64,000 bases of DNA from contig NC_086097.1 in the NCBI RefSeq assembly GCF_963921235.1, positions 70,062,001-70,126,000 of the forward strand, in the 5' to 3' direction. The notes under the pieces were generated by a model. That model was not told where the DNA came from. It searched no databases and saw nothing but the letters and a program-made list of their open reading frames with translations. This stretch comes from Mobula hypostoma (Eukaryota). The translations under genes and the position numbers were made by a program. Positions 1-11,663 of this stretch are shown here, piece by piece. Within the stretch, counting starts at the first letter, position 1. Each line of letters starts with the position of its first letter.

Positions 1-1449
1 ACATTTCTAATTTCCTGTTTAATACCATCTCCGACCTCACTACTACTGTTAGGTGGCCTGTACACAACTCCCACCAGCGTCTTCTGCCCCTTAGTGTTAC
101 GCAGCTCTACCCATATCGATTCCACATCTTCCCGGCTTATGTCCTTCCTTTCTATTGCGTTAATCTCTTCTTTAACCAGCAACGCCACCCCACCTCTCCT
201 TCCTTCATGTCTATCCCTCCTGAATATTGAATATCCCTGAACGTTGAGCTCCCATCCCTGGTCACCCTGGAGCCATGTCTCTGTGATCCCAACTATATCA
301 TAATCATTAATAACAATCTGCACTTTCAATTCATCCACCTTATTACGAATGCTCCTTGCATTGACACATAAAGCCTTCAGGCGCTCTTTTACAACTCTCT
401 TAGCCCTTGTACAATTATGTTGAAAAGTGGCCCTTTTTAATGCTTACCCTGGATTTGTCGGCCTGCCACTTTTACTTTTCTCCTTTGTACTTTTTGCTTC
501 TACGCTCACTTTACACCCCTCTGTCTCTCTGCACTGGTTCCCATCCCTCTGTTGTGAACTAACCTCCTCACGCCTAGCCTCTTTATTTTGATTCCCACCC
601 CCCAACCATTCTAGTTTAAAGTCACCTCAGTAGCCCCCGCTAATCTCCCTGCCAGGATATTGGTCCCCCTAGGATTCAAGTGTAACCCGTCCTTTTTGTA
701 CAGGTCACGCCTGCGCCAAAAGAGGTCCCAATGATCCAAAAACTTGAATCCCTGCCCCCTGCTCCAATCCCTCAGCCACGCATTTATCCTCCACCTCATC
801 GCATTCCTACTCTCACTGTCGCGTGGCACAGGCAGTAATCCCGAGATTACTACCTTTGCGGTCCTTTTTCTCAACTCCCTTCCTAGCTCCCTATATTCTC
901 CTTTCAGGACCTCATCCCTTTTCCTACCTATGTCATTGGTACCTATATGTACCACGACCTCTGGCTCCTCACCCTCCCACTTCAGGATATCTTGGACACG
1001 ATCAGAAATATCCCGGACCCTGGCACCAGGGAGGCAAACTACCATCCGGGTCTCTGGACTGCGTCCACAGAATCGCCTATCTGACCCCCTTACTATCGAG
1101 TCCCCTATCACAACTGCCCTCCTCTTCCTTGCCCTACCCTTCTGAGCTACAGGGCCAGACTCTGCGCCGGAGGCACGGCCACTGTCGCTTCCCCCTGGTA
1201 AGCTGTCCCCCCCAACAGTACTCAAACAGGAGTACCTGTTGTTAAGGGGCACAGCCACCGGGGTACTCCCCATCACCTGACTTTTCCCCTTCCCCCTCCT
1301 AACCGTGACCCACTTGTCTGCCTCCCGTGGCCCCGGCGTGACCACCTGCCTTCCACTCCTCTCTATCACCTCCTCGCTCTCCCTGACCAGACGAAGGTCA
1401 TCGAGCTGCAGCTCCAGTTCCGTAACGCGGTCCCTTAGGAGCTGCATCT
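1..1449 (-). mobile_element. CR1-clade LINE, 5'-truncated within ORF1, running off the left window edge (ORF1 esterase plus start of ORF2 APE endonuclease)
   Basis: ORF1 at 611..1447. Bases ~1-400 on minus translate to the APE N-terminus (LKALCVNARSIRNKVDEL...VGITETWL...GGGVALLVK...VGVVYRPPN) with no visible stops, so the copy looks young. Confidence 0.93.
611..1447 (-). CDS. CR1 LINE ORF1 protein (coiled coil plus SGNH/GDSL esterase domain), N-terminally truncated
   Basis: SGNH blocks IGDSIVRG, LPGARV, VHIGTND and DGLHLN; heptad-like start LRDRVTELELQLDDLR. Confidence 0.9.
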   Translation of the reverse strand: MQLLRDRVTELELQLDDLRLVRESEEVIERSGRQVVTPGPREADKWVTVRRGKGKSQVMGSTPVAVPLNNRYSCLSTVGGDSLPGGSDSGRASGAESGPVAQKGRARKRRAVVIGDSIVRGSDRRFCGRSPETRMVVCLPGARVRDISDRVQDILKWEGEEPEVVVHIGTNDIGRKRDEVLKGEYRELGRELRKRTAKVVISGLLPVPRDSESRNAMRWRINAWLRDWSRGQGFKFLDHWDLFWRRRDLYKKDGLHLNPRGTNILAGRLAGATEVTLN

Positions 1450-1597
1450 CGATATAATTATGTGGTTTTGTTAGTTTTTTTCAGTCTTGCTCTGTCCTGT
1501 GTTTTGTGATATCACACCGGAGGAAATATTGTATCATTTCTTAATGCATGCATTACTAAATGACAATAAAGGAGGACTGCGTGTCTTCATAATCTAA
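1450..1597 (+). repeat. 3' fragment of the non-autonomous repeat also present at 28058-28728
   Basis: Closely matches the reverse complement of ~28066-28210 (aatgcatg...tgacaataaa...gtgtcttcataatctaa). Confidence 0.75.
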
Positions 1598-2798
1598 AAA
1601 GTAGTCATGTTTCTTAGTTTTATTTGCATGCACAAGGAAAGACTAGAGATACTGGGGACTAACAGAGGAGACACAGCCACAAATGATGTGATTACTGAAG
1701 AATCAACATTACTCATTTTCTTTTAAAATTCAATTAGTAGTTCAATTTCATGTTATTTCTTTAAGAGCAATGAGGGGAATGCTTTACAAGTGCGTATAAT
1801 AGATATAAGCAGCTACATTGAAGGTCAATTTCAGCTTAGTTATACAAAGTCTGAAGCAACATCTATCGAGGAGGAGTAATTCGCTTGGGCTATTTTAATT
1901 TCAGTTATACAAATCAGTTAAGCTTTCTACACCATCTGTCTCAGTAATTCCTCCACTGCTCTCATAATAACAATTGTTTAACAAGAAACAAGATAGAATT
2001 AAGTGCAACTGATTACAACTGGTATTGTTACTTTTTCCCACAAATGCATTGAGAAGGTTACTTTTTACGTTATGGAAGTTTTCGTACTGAGGATTCCTAA
2101 TTAGTAATTAGGAGTTAGAAAAGTTTTTCAAGTGCTGAAGTGACAGAATGTTCACACATAGTCTCTGTTATCAGTAAGGTTAGAATTATTCTTCCTAGCC
2201 CATGGACACTCAAACAAACTACACTGTTCCTTGGGCCAGACCAGTAGAAACCTACAGATCCAGGAGAGAATGCTTCCACATTCCACTGTGCAATATCCCA
2301 ATTAACCATCTTGGTAAACAGTAGTTTTAAAAATATTGACCAAATACTGACTGCATGGTGATAAAGTTAAATATATCCTAAGTACTTGAATAAATTGTTG
2401 TTTATCAATTTATGTCTTTGTTAGTTTAATGAAAAAAACTTTTAATACTAGTAGCTGATATTTTTAAGTTTGGCCTCTAACTTGTTTATGAATTCACATG
2501 TAACCTGACCTTCTTCCCTCAGTGGAGAATCTAGTTCATCTGGTCTGCTCTGGTGTTGCATTCTGAAAATGGTAGTAGGCACCTGAGCAAATTTATTGGG
2601 ATTATTTTAAAATATTTTGATTACTGCTCAATGCAAACCAATACAATCATTGAACAAAGGAACTCTTGACAGAAGTCACGATTTAAATTGAAATTGATCT
2701 GAATTTGATTATACTATTATGTAAGTTATTTTGTATCATTTCCAAGCAGTATAATTGACCAATTCCGAGCTTTGGGTAAGGAAAATATTTACACCCAC

Positions 2799-2916
2799 CT
2801 AAAGTCAGTAGATAGATCCCAATGGCTGTTTTTCCAGGTTCAGACACCACTCTGTCTCTCAACACTGAGTTGTTAGACCAAAGCCAGCTACTGTTCTGGA
2901 TCACAGTCTCTTCCAT
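2799..2916 (-). CDS. First coding exon of an Opn5-group (neuropsin-like, possibly Opn6) non-visual opsin; remaining exons would lie beyond the left edge
   Basis: ATG at 2916 gives MEETVIQNSSWLWSNNSVLRDRVVSEPGKTAIGIYLLTL(G): N-glycosylation sequons NSS and NNS, then a TM1 start resembling the recalled 'SDQGETIIGVYLLILG' of Opn5-like opsins. It ends in a phase-1 donor TTAG|GTGGGT within the TM1 Gly codon. Confidence 0.72.
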
Positions 2917-3464
2917 TTCACTCCTCACTGATCTTACACACGGCACACTGCTGATTGTTGAGATTAATATACCTGTCACGTATGTCCCTGCTCCTGCCCT
3001 AGATCTGCCTGTCACTCAGAGAGTTAGGCAAGCAAATCTACTTGTCTGTCAGCAATTCGTTAGTATGGTTATAAACACAAAGTGAATAAATATACAAGGA
3101 CATGGAATCCAGCACTCTCAAATATGCATTGGAAAAGTTGTTGGCAGGACAAGAAATTAATGCCCAAACATAAGATCACTGATCTAATTGTGCACCTTTG
3201 ATGTGTTTATCTTATCGTCCACTAAAGTCCTTTTTGGAAATTTACAAAAATGATATTCAAAATTTCAGTCTTAATCCTTCAGGTGTGAGGGAGGGGGGAT
3301 TCAAAGTGAAAAGTAGCTTTATTTCTGGAGTTTGTACACATGCTTCAGTACATCAATTAATCAAAGAATCAAGAATCATTACTTGCAGAAATGCCCAGGA
3401 CTGGTGGACAACAGATACAACGTACAAAGGTTCGTCAGAACATCATAGGAACATCATAGGATCG

Positions 3465-4363
3465 CTCCCTACGCAACTCCCTTGTCCATTCGTCCCCCCC
3501 ATCCCTCCCCACTGATCCCCCTCCTGGCACTTATCTGTGTAAGCGGAACAAGTGCTACACATGCCCTTACACTTCCTCCCTTGCCACCATTCAGGGCCCC
3601 AAACAGTCCTTCCAGGTGAGGCAACACTTCACCTGTGAGTTGGCTGGGGTGATATACTGCGTCCGGTGCTCCCGATGTGGCCTTTTATATATTGGCGAGA
3701 CCCGACGCAGACTGGGAGACTGCTTTGCTGAACATCTACGCTCTGTCCGCCAGAGAAAGCAGGATCTCCCAGTGGCCACACATTTTAATTCCACATCCCA
3801 TTCCCATTCTGACATGTCTATCCACGGCCTCCTCTACTGTAAAGATGAAGTCACACCCAGGTTGGAGGAACAACACCTTATATTCCGTCTGGGTAGCCTC
3901 CAACCTGATGGCATGAACATTGACTTCTCTAACTTCCGCTAATGCCCCACCTCCCCCTTGTACCCCATCTGTTACTTATTTTTATACACACATTCTTTCT
4001 CTCACTCTCCTTTTTCTCCCTCTGTCCCTCTGAATATACCCCTTGCCCATCCTCTGGGTCCCCCCCCCTTTGTCTTTCTTCCCGGACCTCCTGTCCCATG
4101 ATCCTCTCGTATCCCTTTTGCCTATCACCTGTCCAGCTCTTGGCTCCATCACTCCCCCTCCTGTCTTCTCCTATCATTTTGGCTCTCCCCCTCCCACTTT
4201 CAAATCCCTTACTCACTCTTCCTTCAGTTAGTCCTGACGAAGGGTCTCGGCCTGAAACGCCGATTGCACCTCTTCCTAGAGATGCTGCCTGGCCTGCTGC
4301 GTTCACCAGCAACTTTTATGTGTGTTGCTTGAATTTCCAGCATCTGCAGAATTCCTGTTGTTT
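3465..4363 (+). mobile_element. Penelope-like element (Neptune type), 5'-truncated: Cys-rich linker, GIY-YIG endonuclease and 3' pLTR
   Basis: ORF 3616..3942 VIYCVRCSRCGLLYIGETRRRL...LEEQHLIFRLGSLQPDGMN; pyrimidine-rich 3' region; hammerhead-like core at 4234-4257. Confidence 0.9.
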
Positions 4364-5299
4364 TATAGGATTTAGTAGCTGTTTTTAACATTCTCTACTC
4401 ATTAAGACTGGTTTCAATTTTCTTTCTAGAAATAAGCTGGCTTCAAACTTTGCATTGGAATTCTCCATGTATGTAAAGGAAAGTTTTGACACATTTGAAG
4501 TCTTAAAAAAAGGTAACTGGCTGTCTCCCACAAAAGTAATTTGAAATGTCATTAGGACTATACTAAGTTATCTAATATTTCTAATTTTCTAATTGATATT
4601 AAAAAAAGCATTTGGACATGTTTAGAACCTTTGGCATTCACTTATAAACAGCAGATGATGTGCTCTCAGATGTTCAAAGGTTACCCCTACAGATCTGAGT
4701 ATCTATGAGTTTTTACAACTCATTTAGCAGCTTGGAGCTTTCCACCCTGCAGGGGTGTTCACGTGTGCTGCCCCATTCACGAGCATAATAGTACAAGCCT
4801 CTGTGCAAAACTGCATTTTCCAGATAAGGACCTCCTTCTCCCCCCGTCCTTGCCATCCCTCCACATCTATCAACAGCAGCAATTTCTTCCTCACCAAAGG
4901 TCCTAACAAATGTCCTCTGTGCCATTTTCAAACTCGCTTAAAACTCTTTATTTAGATCACTGATAAATGTGAAGGGCACCATTTATGCCGATCTCAGGAG
5001 ATTTTGCATGTAACGTAGCTAGTCTATCTGTTAATTTCTCAGTCACCTTTACCAATTCCACTCTTATAATTACAGATTTTAGTTAACCAAATATGCCAGT
5101 TCGCTACCTAGTGTGTCTCCTGCTCATTAATCCATGGTTTGGAATACTAGACCAATAACAAAACTAGTGTGACCACGAGTTCTTGAGATCAATACCATTT
5201 TCTGAGAAATCAGTCTATTGCACCTTCTCTGGGTAAAAAGAAGACAAGGGAAGGTGAGGCAGGCAAGGTGAGACAAAATTCTCATGAAAGAGTGTAACA

Positions 5300-5867
5300 A
5301 GAGTAAACGTGTGGCCAGAGAGAGAATAGATACTCTTAAAGATCAGCATGGCTGTTTGTGTGTGGAATCAAAGGAAGTGGTGAGATGTTTAATGAATAAT
5401 TCTCTTCAGTTTGTACTGTGGAGAAAATGATAGAAGCTAAGGAAATGGGGGAAATGAGTGGTGTTGTATTGGACTATAAATGAGTTAGCAAGGAGGAGAT
5501 ATTAGAGGCCTCCAAGTGTATTAAGGTGGATAAATCCCCAGCTGTGGAAAGCTAGACACAAAATTGTGGAGGCCTTTGCTCCATCTCTGTCCACAGGTGA
5601 GGTTCTGGACCACTTCAGAATGGCTAATGTGGTACTATTGTTTAAAAATAGAAAACTACAGGTCTGTGAGAATGACATTGGTGGTGGGTAGATTGATGGA
5701 GGGAATTCTGAAGGATTGGATCTACCAACGCTTGAAGAGACTGAGCATAATTTGGGACACTTTGGATGGCTTTGTGCATGGAAAGTCAAATCGGACAAAT
5801 CTCTATGAGGAGCTAACCAAGAAGCAGAGCAGTGGATGTTGTCTATGTGGACTTCAGCAAGGTCTTT
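5300..5867 (+). mobile_element. Degenerate CR1 LINE, left part (interrupted by a nested CR1)
   Basis: Decayed RT-like segments ending at tatgtggacttcagcaaggtcttt (YxDFSKxF). Confidence 0.7.
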
Positions 5868-8683
5868 AGACCATAAGACCATAAGACACAGGAGCAGAAT
5901 TAATCCTTTCAGCCCATTGGGTCTGCTCTGCCATTTCATCATGGCTGATTCCGGATCCCATTCAACCCCATATACCTGCCCTCTCACCATACCCTTTTAT
6001 GACCCGACCAATCAGGAATCTATCAACTTCCGCTTTGAATATACCCACGGACTTGGCCTCCACTACAGTCTCTGGCAGAGCATTCCACAGACTCACCACT
6101 CTTTGGCTAAAAAAATTTCTTCTTCAGTTCTAAAAAGTTGCCCCTCAATATTGAGGCTGCGTCTTCCAGACTTGGATATCCCCACCAGAGGAAACATCCT
6201 CTCCACATCCACCTTATCTAGTCCTTCCAATGTTCAGTAGGTTTCAATGAGATCCCCCTGCATTCTTCTAAATTACAGTGAGTACAGGCCCAAAGCTGCC
6301 AGATGCTCCTCTTATTTTAACCCCTTCATTCATGGAATCATCCTCATAAACCTCCTCTGGACTCTGTCCGATGAAAATACATGAGTCACGGGGCCCTAAA
6401 CTGTTGACAATGCTCCAAATGCAGCCTGACTAGTGTCTTATTAAGTTTTAGCATTATCTCCTTGCTTTTAGATTCTACTCCCTTTGAAATAAATACCAAT
6501 ATTTCATTTGCCTTCTTTACCACAGACTCAGCCTTCTGGGAGTCTTGCACGAGAACTCCTAAGTCCATTTGCACCTCTGATGTTTGCATTTTCTCCCCAT
6601 TTAGATAATAGTCTGCACTACTATTCCTTTTACCAAAATGCATTATCATACGTTTCCCAACACTGTATTCCAGCTACCACTTTTTTGCCCATTCTTCCAA
6701 TTTGTCTAAATCCAGCCGCAATCGCATTACTTCATCAACATTACCTACCCCTCTACCTATCTTCATATCATCTGCAAACTTTGCCACAAAGCCATCAATT
6801 CCATCATCTAAATCATTGACAATGTGAGAAGTAACAGTCCCAATACTGACCCCTGAGGAACACCACTAGTGACTGGCAGCCAATCAGAAAAGCCCTTTTT
6901 ATTCCCATTCACTGCCTCCTGCCTGTCAACCATTCCTCTATCCATGCCAGTATACTTCCTGTAACAGCACAGGATTTTATCTTCTTAGGCAAATAAAACA
7001 CTTTACCAAATACCTTCTGACAATATAAGAGGCATTCACTGCCTGTCCTTTGTCCACCCTGCTTGTTACTTCCTCAAAGAATTCCAACAACTTTGTCAGG
7101 CAAGATTTCCCTTTACAGAAACTATGCTGACTCTGACTTATTTTATCATTAATCTCCAAGTACCCCAATACCTCATCCTTAATAATGGACTCCAACACTT
7201 TCCCAGCCACTGAGATTAGGCTAACTGGCTTATAATTTCCTTTCTTTTGCCTTCCTCCCTTCTTAAAGATTGGTGTGACATTTGCAATCTTTCATTCCTC
7301 TGGGACCATGCCTGAATCAAGTGATTCTTAAAAGATCATGACCAATGCATCCATTATCTCTTCAGCAACCTCTCTCAGGACTCTGGGATGTAGTCCACCT
7401 AGTCTAGGTGACTTATTCTCCTTATGACCTTTCAGTTTGCCTAGCACTCCTCCCTGACACTCACAGACCTCTGGCATACAGCTAGGTCTTCCACAGTAAA
7501 GACTGAAGCAAAGTAGTTATTAAGTTCAGCTCCAATTTCTTTGTCTCCCATTACTACCTCACTAGCATCATTTACAATGGTCCAATATCAACTCTCACTT
7601 CCCTTTTCTTCTTTATATAACTGAAAAAAACTTTTAACATCCTGCTTTATATTTTCGGTTATTTCATCTTTTCCCTTCTTATAGCTTTTTTAGTTAACTT
7701 TTATTGGATTTTGAAAGCTTCCCAATCATCCAACTTTCTACTCACTTTTGATACCTTATATGCCCTTTCCTTGGCTTTTACAGTCCTTAATTTCCCTTGT
7801 CATCCACGGTTGCCTAGCCCTGCCATTTGAGAACAACAACTTCTGTGGGACATATCTATCCTGTGCCTTGAGAACTATACCCAGAAACTTCAGCCACTTC
7901 TGTTCTGCCATCATCCCCACCAGTATCCCCCTCCAATCCACCTGGGCAAGCTCCTCTCTCACGCCTCTGTAATTCCCTTTATTCCATTGTGATACTGATA
8001 CATGTGACTTATGCATCTCTCTCTCAAATTGCAGTATGAATTCAATCATATTATGATCACTGCCTCCTTAGGGTTCCTTTACGTTAAGCTCTCTAATAAA
8101 ATCTGGATTATTACACAACATCCAATCTAAGATAGGCTCTCCTCGTGTAGGCTCAAGTACAAGCTGCTCTAAAAAAACCATCTTGTACGCATTCAACAAA
8201 TTCCCTCTCTTGCGATCCGACACCAACTTGACTTTCCCAATTACCTTGCATATTGAAGTCCCCCATTAAAACTGGGACATTACATGCCCTTTCCAGCTCC
8301 CTTTGCAACCTCAACTCCACATCTTGGCTATTATTTGGAGGCCTATAAATGATACCCATAATGGTTTTTTAAAGATTTAACATTCTCTGACTCTATGTCA
8401 CCTCTTCCTAAAGATGTAATTCCATCTCTTACCAATACAGCCACACCACCGTCAATGCCTTCTTGCCTGCCCTTTCTATACAAAGTATATCCTTTGACGT
8501 TAAGATCCCAACTGTGACCTTCTTTTAGCCACGACTCAGTAATGCCCTAAACGTCATACCTACCAGTCTCTAATTGGGCCATGAATTTGTCACCCTTATT
8601 CAGAATGTTACATACATTTAAATACAGCACCTTCAGTCCTGCATTCTTCGCGCTTATGTGGTAAAACTTAACTCTTTGCTAAC
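5868..8683 (-). mobile_element. Degenerate CR1 LINE (most of ORF2: endonuclease plus RT) nested in another CR1
   Basis: Fragments GIIYRPPN, LMGDFN, SQHSFCKGKSCLT and MHFGKRN; (tcttatgg)n-type 3' tail at 5868-5890; many frameshifts. Confidence 0.88.
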
Positions 8684-9790
8684 TCTTTGACAAGGTCCCT
8701 CACAGCAGGCGAGTCTGGAAGATTAGATCACATGGATCCAGGAGGAGAAAGTGGATTAGATTCATAATCGGTTCAGTGGCAGGAAGCAAGGGAGTGATCG
8801 TCGAGGGTTGCTTCTCAGACTCGAGGTCTCTGTCTAGTGATGTGCCACAGGATTCAATGCTGAGACCTTCGTTGTTTGTAACTTATATAAACAATTTGGA
8901 AGTGAATGTACAGTATAAAGCATAATTAGTGTGATACTAAAATAGGGTGGTGTTGTAGATAATGTAAAAGGTTATGAAAAATTACAGCGGGATCTTGATC
9001 AGATAAATATGTGGACTCAGGATTAACAAATAGCTTTCAATCCAGATAAATATGATGCATTGCATTTTGGGAAGTCAAACCAGGGTAGGATTGATACAAT
9101 GAATGGTGGGGCCTTGGGGGGTGTTATGGAACAGAGAGATCGAGGAGTGCAGATGCATAGCTCGCTGAAAGTGGCATCACAGGTAGGTAGGGTGGTGGAA
9201 AAGGCATTTGGCACGCTGTCCTTCATCAGTCATGATATTGAGTATCAGTGTTGGGAAGTTATGTTGCAGTTATATTAGACAATAATGAAGCAGCTCCTGG
9301 AGTATTGTGTACAGTTTTGGTCATCCTGCCGTAGGAAGTATTATTAAACTAGAAAGAATTCCCTGGAATTGGATGCCTGAGCAACAAGAGGTTGTATAGA
9401 CTAGGAATTCCCTGGAATGTAGGCTATTGAGAGTTGACCTATAGAGGCAAATAAAATCATGAGGGGCATTAACAGCGTGAAAGCACACAGCCTCTTTCTC
9501 AGGGATTTCAGCGCTAAAATAAGACAGCATAGGCTTAAGAGGCGAGAGATTTACAAGCAACATCAGGGGCAGCTTCTTCATGCAAAGCGTGGAGAGTATT
9601 TGGAATGAGCTGCCAGAAATGGTGGTTGAGGCAGGCAAACTCACAACATTTAATCACCATCTAGGTAAGTACATGGATTGGAAAAATTTAGAGGGCCACG
9701 GGCTAAGTAACTAGCTCACCGGGCAACAAAGTTAGCATGGATGAGTTGGGCCGAAGGGCCAGTTTCCCAGCTGTATGACTCTACGACTCC
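8684..9790 (+). mobile_element. Degenerate CR1 LINE, right part through the 3' end
   Basis: Resumes at tttgacaaggtccctcac (FDKVPH); ORF 9060..9278 MHFGKSNQG; CR1-type 3' end gggccgaagggcc...tatgactcta. Confidence 0.8.
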
Positions 9791-10310
9791 AAGTCATTTA
9801 CCTGAACATATTATTGTTTTAAGCCTGTTCTTCTTTGAAATTGACTTGCTTGTAAGATGGTATCATTTCACCAGATGTCATAAATTCAAGCCATATACCC
9901 TTTATAAAGCCATTCCTTCTGTATTGCTTGAATTTCCATAGAATTAAACTCACTACTCAATCAACTTCAAGTGACTTATCATCTTGAAAATCATGCCCCT
10001 TAATAAACTGGGACTGTAATCGTATTACATTTTAAGCAGCCTTAGTTTGGTTTATCAGGTAAAATTAAGCAATACTCTCAGTGCTGTTAAGCAGGTGTTC
10101 TTCCCAGATACAAGTTTGCTGTAAACCTTTTGAACACTATTGAAAGCCATGTCCAATTTCAGATCTCTCCTTGTTTACTTACTAGCATCTGTATTGAAAC
10201 AATCTACAAATAATCTGCAAATCTTCTGCCTGCTTTATTCTCCATCGAACAAAGGAATCCCTGTGAGGAGAACAGATGAACTTATTATACTTATAAGCTA
10301 TAGGTGGTAA

Positions 10311-11663
10311 GCTATCTCTGGAGACAGTATATCTATTGATGTCTACTATAAGCTTACTGACTCTCACAGCTATCTGGACTATTCCTCTTCTCACCCTGTC
10401 TCTTGCAAAAATGCCATCCCCTTCTTGCAATTCCTCCATCTCCGCCGCATCTGCTCTCAGGATGAGGCTTTTTATTCCAGGACGAGGGAGATGTCCTCCT
10501 TTTTTAAAGAAAGGGGCTTCCCTTCCTCCACCATCAACTCTGCTCTCAAACGCATCTCCCCCATTTCACACTCATCTGCTCTCACTCCATACTCCTGCCA
10601 CCCTACTAGGAGTAGGGTTCCCTTGGTCCTCACCTACCACCCCACCAGCCTCTGGGTCCAACATATTATTCTCTGTAACTTCTGCCACCTCCAGGATCCC
10701 ACCACTAAGCACATCTTTTCCTCCCCCCCCCCCCGCTTTCCGCAGGGTTCGCTCCCTACGCGACTCCCTTGTCCATTCGTCCCCACCATCCCTCCCCACT
10801 GATCTCCCTCCTGGCACTTATCCTTGTAAGCGGAACAAGTGCTACACATGCCCTTACACTTCCTCCCTTACCACCATTCAGGGCCCCAGATAGTCCTTCC
10901 AGGTGAGGTGACACTTCACCTGTGAGTTGGCTGGGGTGATATACTGTGTCTGGTGCTCCCAATGTGACCTTTTATATATTGGCGAGACCCAACGCAGACT
11001 GGGAGATCGTTTTGCTGAACACCTATGCTCTGTCCACCAGAGAAAGCAGGATCTTCCAGTGGCCACACATTTTAATTCCACATCCCATTCCCATTCTGAT
11101 ATGTCTATCCACGGCCTCCTTGACTGTAAAGATGAAGCCACACTCAGGTTGGAGGAACAACACCTTATATTCCCTCTGGGTAGCCTCCAACCTGATGGCA
11201 TGAACATTGATTTCTCAAACCTCCGCTAATGCCCCACCTTCTCCTCGTACCCCATCCATTATTTATTTATATACACACATTCTTTCTCTCTCTCTCCTTT
11301 TTCTCCCTCTGTCCTTCTGACTATACCCCTTGCCCAGCCTCTGGGCTTTTCCCCCCTCCCCCTTTTCCTTCTCCCTAGGCCTCCTGTCCCATGATCCTCT
11401 CATATCCCTTTTGCCAATCACCTGTCCAACTCTTGGCTCCATCCCTCCCCCTCCTGTCTTCTCCTTGGATTTCATTTTGGATTTCCCCCTCCCCCTCTCA
11501 AATCACTTACTAGCTCTTCCTTCAGTTAGTCCTGACGAAGGGTCTTGGCCCGAAACGTCGACTGTACCTCTTCCTAGAGATGCTGCCTGGCCTGCTGCGT
11601 TCACCAGCAACTTTGATGCGTGTTGCTTGAATTTCCAGCATCTGCAGAATTCCTCGTGTTTGT
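10311..11663 (+). mobile_element. Penelope-like element (Neptune type), 5'-truncated in the RT C-terminus
   Basis: QFLHLRRICS...RGFP, GTYPCKRNKCYTCPY linker and GIY-YIG (ORF 10927..11229); complete 3' tail ending gcagaattcctcgtgtttg. Confidence 0.92.
11528..11563 (+). ncRNA. Minimal type-I hammerhead ribozyme in Penelope pLTR
   Basis: AGTC-CTGACGA-A-GGGTC(TT)GGCCC-GAAAC-GTC-GACT: stem I AGTC/GACT, intact core, stem II, palindromic ACGT stem III and GUC cleavage triplet. Confidence 0.85.

Noticed and set aside
744..1245. Plus-strand ORFs overlapping CR1 ORF1 (and similar shadow ORFs at 13381-14085, 18320-19111 and 34433-34910)
   Set aside because: They are antisense shadows of transposon reading frames.
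3929..4388. Recurrent Pro/Ser/Leu-rich and Gly/Arg-rich ORFs (also ~11.3, 23.0, 48.7 and 62.1 kb)
   Set aside because: They are translations of the pyrimidine-rich Penelope pLTR, not a gene family.
4713..4955. Overlapping short ORFs in non-obvious sequence
   Set aside because: No recognisable motif or splice signals; probably an old repeat remnant.
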